A stretch of DNA of 50,035 bases from Flavobacteriales bacterium (GTDB lineage Bacteria > Bacteroidota > Bacteroidia > Flavobacteriales_F > PHOS-HE28), in assembly GCA_044343855.1 (NCBI GenBank), contig JBIJDX010000001.1, positions 1-50,035 of the forward strand, written 5' to 3'. The translations under genes and the position numbers were made by a program. Each line of letters starts with the position of its first letter. The stretch's first letter is position 1. This document shows, one piece after another, positions 47,328-50,035 of the stretch. The notes under the pieces are model-generated. The model was not told the origin of the DNA. It ran no database searches and worked only from the letters and a program-made list of their open reading frames with translations.

Positions 47328-47729
47328 TCAGTAGCTCCGCATGGCCACCAGCGCTCCCCGCTCATCATACAACTCACCGGTGCTCAGGTCACCGGCGGTA
47401 TGCCCGAGCCGGCCCATCAGCGCATTGTTGGGGCCTCTGAACTCCCACGTACCCCTTCGCTCACCCAGGTGGAAAAGGGCCTGCGCCAGCAGCACGCCGG
47501 TATCGCTGAATTGTCTCCAGACACCATCGCGGTACCCGTCGTAAAAACCACCCTGCTCATGCACGCGCCCGTTCTCGTGGTAGGTGATGAAATGAATACG
47601 TCCACCTTCCGCATATCGTGTGCACCGCAACGTCCCGTCCGGCCAATGCTCCTGACCGAGCAGGGTCTGTGCGGTTGCCAGCGAACAGGGAACCAATGCA
47701 AGGAGAAGAAGGGTGATGCGAACGAGCAT
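47328..47729 (-). CDS. Secreted MORN-variant repeat protein (YwqK-like)
   Basis: 133 aa with a signal peptide. It carries repeats of the G.x.G.W..Y..NG type (HENGRVHEQGGFYDGYRDGVWRQF). Confidence 0.68.
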   Translation of the reverse strand: MLVRITLLLLALVPCSLATAQTLLGQEHWPDGTLRCTRYAEGGRIHFITYHENGRVHEQGGFYDGYRDGVWRQFSDTGVLLAQALFHLGERRGTWEFRGPNNALMGRLGHTAGDLSTGELYDERGALVAMRSY

Positions 47730-47755
47730 GATGAGGGGCGCCTTACTGATACGCC

Positions 47756-47763
47756 CAAAGCTA
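47756..47763 (-). promoter_or_regulatory. Candidate -7 box (TAGCTTTG on the minus strand) for the MORN gene
   Basis: The plus strand reads caaagcta, an exact TAnnTTTG match on the minus strand, 26 nt upstream of the ATG at 47729. Confidence 0.4.
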
Positions 47764-47861
47764 GCTCAATGTTCACATTGAATTAACATGGATCTAACAT
47801 TGACCCATGCACAGGGCAATGTGTACGAACTGTGCGCCAAAGAGCGGGCCCAGGCGCGCCC

Positions 47862-48689
47862 TCAGAACGACAACCTGCCCTGTTGCTCCATGGCAAGGCG
47901 CAATTGGCCCACCTCCTTGCGCAGTTCCACAACGCTTCGGGCCAGTTCGTCGCGGCTCATGTTGGGCTCGGGCAGTTCCGCACTGATGAAGTGCACGAAC
48001 TTCCACACCTCCAGCACGCTGGTGACAGGCACCTCATAGGGTGCATAGAGCGGGTTGGTGCTGCAGAGGAGCAGGGTACCCTTCTCCTTCAGCTGGTTGT
48101 ACACCACCTTGAAGACTATGCCGTCGTCCTTGGTGACCACGATATAGGGCTGGCCGTCGCGGATGGTCTGCCAGTTCTGCACGTATTCGCCGGTGACCCA
48201 TGAGCCATCGCTCACCGGGGGCATGCTGTCGCCGCTGATCTGGAAGGTGCGGTACTTGCGGTCCTTGGCCAGGAAGGGCATCTGGAAGGTGGGCAGGATG
48301 CTGATGTACTCCGGATCGGCGTAGCCCAACGCATAGCCGGCCTTGGCCTTCTCGGGCACCAGTTCCACGTTCTCACGGTCATCCTTGTCCACGGTGGTTG
48401 CCAGCACACGCAGGCGGCGCCCGCTGAGATCGATGTCGCCCCCGCGCTCCAGGATGCCCAGCTGGCTTTCGCTGAGGGCCGTGAGCTCGTCCTTGAGCAG
48501 CTTGTCGATACTCACCTTGAAGTACTCGCTCATGCGCACGAGCAGGTCGAACGAGGGCTCGGCGGTGCCGTTCTCGTAGCCGCTGTAGCTGGAACGTTTG
48601 ATGTCGAGGCCGGCGGCGACCTCCTCCTGCGAACGACCGCGGCGCTGGCGGAGGAGCTTGATGTTGGACCCGAAGAGCGGGGTTGCCAT
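47862..48689 (-). CDS. XRE-type HTH / S24 peptidase repressor (non-canonical LexA type of Bacteroidota)
   Basis: 275 aa. N-terminal HTH (IKLLRQRRGRSQEEVAAGLDIKRSSYSGYENG), candidate Ala-Gly cleavage site (EKAKAGY), S24 Ser motif (ISGDSMPP), and a later Lys (VVTKDDGIVFKVV). It also has an extra C-terminal segment of about 45 aa. Confidence 0.85.
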   Translation of the reverse strand: MATPLFGSNIKLLRQRRGRSQEEVAAGLDIKRSSYSGYENGTAEPSFDLLVRMSEYFKVSIDKLLKDELTALSESQLGILERGGDIDLSGRRLRVLATTVDKDDRENVELVPEKAKAGYALGYADPEYISILPTFQMPFLAKDRKYRTFQISGDSMPPVSDGSWVTGEYVQNWQTIRDGQPYIVVTKDDGIVFKVVYNQLKEKGTLLLCSTNPLYAPYEVPVTSVLEVWKFVHFISAELPEPNMSRDELARSVVELRKEVGQLRLAMEQQGRLSF

Positions 48690-48856
48690 GGTGATGAGTG
48701 TGTTTATGAGGATTGAAGGACTGTCGTGTGCTGCGGAGCGATGGTCATGCCGAGCCGGGTTTGAAGCCGATGGGCTTGCGGTGCCGTTCGGCGGCGCAGG
48801 AGGCGGCGGGATGTTGCCAAGGTTCTCATCGATCGGATGACCGGTTATCTGCCGGA

Positions 48857-48864
48857 CAAAGATA
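48857..48864 (-). promoter_or_regulatory. Candidate -7 box (TATCTTTG on the minus strand), with TTG 19 nt upstream, for the LexA-like gene
   Basis: The plus strand reads caaagata, an exact TAnnTTTG match on the minus strand. A minus-strand TTG sits 19 nt upstream, at the usual -33 spacing. Confidence 0.4.
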
Positions 48865-49130
48865 ATGACTATTTTACCACCTGCAACATGACAGGTATTT
48901 TGTCAATACCGAACTCTTGGGCGGAGCGGGGACCCCGCGCCCGGGATGGGAGCGGCAGCCTGCCGAAGACAGGGCCTGCGGATGGGTGCAGCGAGGAGGC
49001 GACCATCCCGGGTCAAGGCCCGGGAGAAGCCACCGGAGCGCCCCATCCGCTGGACCGGACAAGGCAGCTACAGCGGACAGCCCGATCAGGCGCCCACCAT
49101 GCACCAATGACCATTCGCCACTGCCCAAGG

Positions 49131-49156
49131 GAATGAAAAATGATGAATGAAAAATG
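49131..49156 (+). repeat. Tandem direct repeat GAATGAAAAATG x2 (2-nt spacer) immediately upstream of dinB
   Basis: Read directly: gaatgaaaaatg at gaatgaaaaatg. The copies span 49131-49142 and 49145-49156. Confidence 0.9.
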
Positions 49157-49160
49157 TAGA

Positions 49161-50035
49161 ATGGAGAACGGCGAACGCACCATCCTGCACCTCGACCTCA
49201 ATACCTTCTTCGTGAGCGTGGAGCGCCTGCGCGAGCCGAAGCTGAACGGCCGGCCGGTGCTCATCGGCAGCGACAGCGACCGCGGCGTGGTGGCATCGTG
49301 CAGCTATGAGGCGCGGGCCTTCGGGGTGCGCAGCGCCATGCCCATGAGGATGGCCAAGCAGCTGTGCCCCGAAGCGATCATCCTGCGCGGCGACAGCAGC
49401 CTCTACCTGAAGAAGAGCGATGAGGTGACCGAGATCATCCGCGCCAGCGTGCCGCTCTTCGAGAAGAGCAGCGTGGACGAGTTCTACGTGGACCTGAGCG
49501 GCACCGACCGCTTCCACGGCAGCCGCAAACTGGCGAAGGAGCTGCGGCAGCGCATCATCAAGGAGAGCGGGCTGCCCAACAGCTTCGGGATGAGCATCAA
49601 CAAGACGGTGAGCAAGGTGGCCACCGCCGAGGCCAAGCAGGGCCCGGGCGAATGGTACGTGGAGCGTGGCACCGAGAAGCCCTTCCTGGCGCCGATGCCC
49701 ATTGAGCGCATCCCCGGCGTGGGCGGGAAGACCGCGCACCTGCTGCGCAGCATGGGCGTGGCGAAGATCCACACGCTGCAGGAGGTGCCCATGGACCTGA
49801 TGCAGCGGCTGCTGGGCGAGCATGGGCCGGTGCTTTGGCGCAAGGCCAACGGCATCGACGACAGCCCCGTGGTGGCCTGGCACGAGCGCAAGAGCATCAG
49901 CACCGAACGCACCTTTGAGCGCGACACCATCGACGTGGCCAAGCTCAAGGGCCTGCTCACCGCCATGGCCGAGAGCCTCGCCTTCCAACTGCGCAAGGGC
50001 AGCAAGCTCACCAGCTGCGTGGCCGTGAAGATCCG
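49161..50035 (+). CDS. dinB: DNA polymerase IV (Y family), 5' part, runs off the window
   Basis: It is absent from the ORF track because it has no in-window stop. Translation from the ATG at 49161 reads MENGERTILHLDLNTFFVSVERLREPKLNGRPVLIG...SCSYEARAFGVRSAMP...SVDEFYVDLSG...SIGMSINKTVSKVA. In-frame alternative ATGs lie at 49140 and 49143. Confidence 0.9.
   Translation, partial: MENGERTILHLDLNTFFVSVERLREPKLNGRPVLIGSDSDRGVVASCSYEARAFGVRSAMPMRMAKQLCPEAIILRGDSSLYLKKSDEVTEIIRASVPLFEKSSVDEFYVDLSGTDRFHGSRKLAKELRQRIIKESGLPNSFGMSINKTVSKVATAEAKQGPGEWYVERGTEKPFLAPMPIERIPGVGGKTAHLLRSMGVAKIHTLQEVPMDLMQRLLGEHGPVLWRKANGIDDSPVVAWHERKSISTERTFERDTIDVAKLKGLLTAMAESLAFQLRKGSKLTSCVAVKI

Noticed and set aside
49009-49035. 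A resemblance of GGGTCAAGGCCCGGGAGAAGCCACC to the SRP RNA helix 8 core (GGUCCGGAAGGAAGCAGCC).
   Set aside because: The near-invariant GGAA tetraloop context and the AGCA symmetric-loop bases do not line up. The flanks also do not fold into the long SRP hairpin with this motif at the apex.
48598-49264. Short ORFs in the repressor-dinB spacer: 48598-48840, 48837-49136, 48917-49150, 48874-49128 and 49013-49264.
   Set aside because: They overlap one another on both strands, are Gly/Arg/Pro-rich, and lack a plausible start context. None looks like a real protein.
1-50035. A search by eye for tRNA, rRNA, CRISPR arrays, transposases, integrases, phage genes and terminal inverted repeats of IS elements.
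   Set aside because: None was found. The intergenic gaps are short except 43397-43724 and 48690-49160, and neither contains tRNA-like arms or spaced direct repeats typical of CRISPR. Computational scans (tRNAscan-SE, Infernal, ISfinder) would be needed to exclude small elements.

Overview
This window looks like an ordinary chromosomal stretch, rich in cell-envelope genes, from a GC-rich member of the Bacteroidota. The GC content was judged by eye and not computed. The phylum call rests on these markers: T9SS type A and type B C-terminal sorting domains, a PorP/SprF gene, two DUF1573 domains, an S46 peptidase, an XRE-HTH/S24 (non-canonical LexA type) repressor, and repeated TAnnTTTG -7 promoter boxes. 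I support about 36 protein genes. I saw no rRNA, tRNA, CRISPR array, transposase or integrase. Gene order is as follows. 1-1341: a YeiH-like fragment and two tandem paralogous membrane proteins. 1516-15631: lpdA; an exopolysaccharide string (asnB-like amidotransferase, GT4, wza, wzc, orphan rfbC, wecA-like transferase); an MltD-like lytic transglycosylase; uvrA; and a LOG-family protein. 15769-19366: two SPOR-domain envelope proteins. 19484-31324: a thioester alpha-2-macroglobulin, an antisense T9SS trypsin-fold protease, pbpC, an S41 peptidase and a DUF1573 protein. 31388-34641 (minus strand): an ECF sigma, small TM protein, S46 peptidase and PCD operon. 34741-41527: a T9SS type B cargo, PorP/SprF and TPR-PD40-OmpA-like module. 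41533-47729: pepE, corA, arginine decarboxylase, a deoxyhypusine-synthase-like gene, a polyacidic protein, a VOC protein, a mini membrane protein and a MORN protein. 47862-50035: a LexA-like repressor divergent from dinB. Many long ORFs antisense to these genes are GC3 artefacts. I found no clear-cut novel system. The best candidates for a second look are: (1) the a2m/pbpC pair split by an antisense secreted protease whose 3' end overlaps a2m; (2) an outer-membrane barrel-TSP3-triple SPOR protein with a SPOR partner; (3) the speA / DHS-like / polyacidic-tail protein module with a long leader; and (4) the 471-bp spacer between the LexA-like gene and dinB, which holds inverted repeats, a GC-rich structured block and a tandem 12-mer. 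All homology calls come from motif recognition by eye and need HMM or BLAST confirmation.
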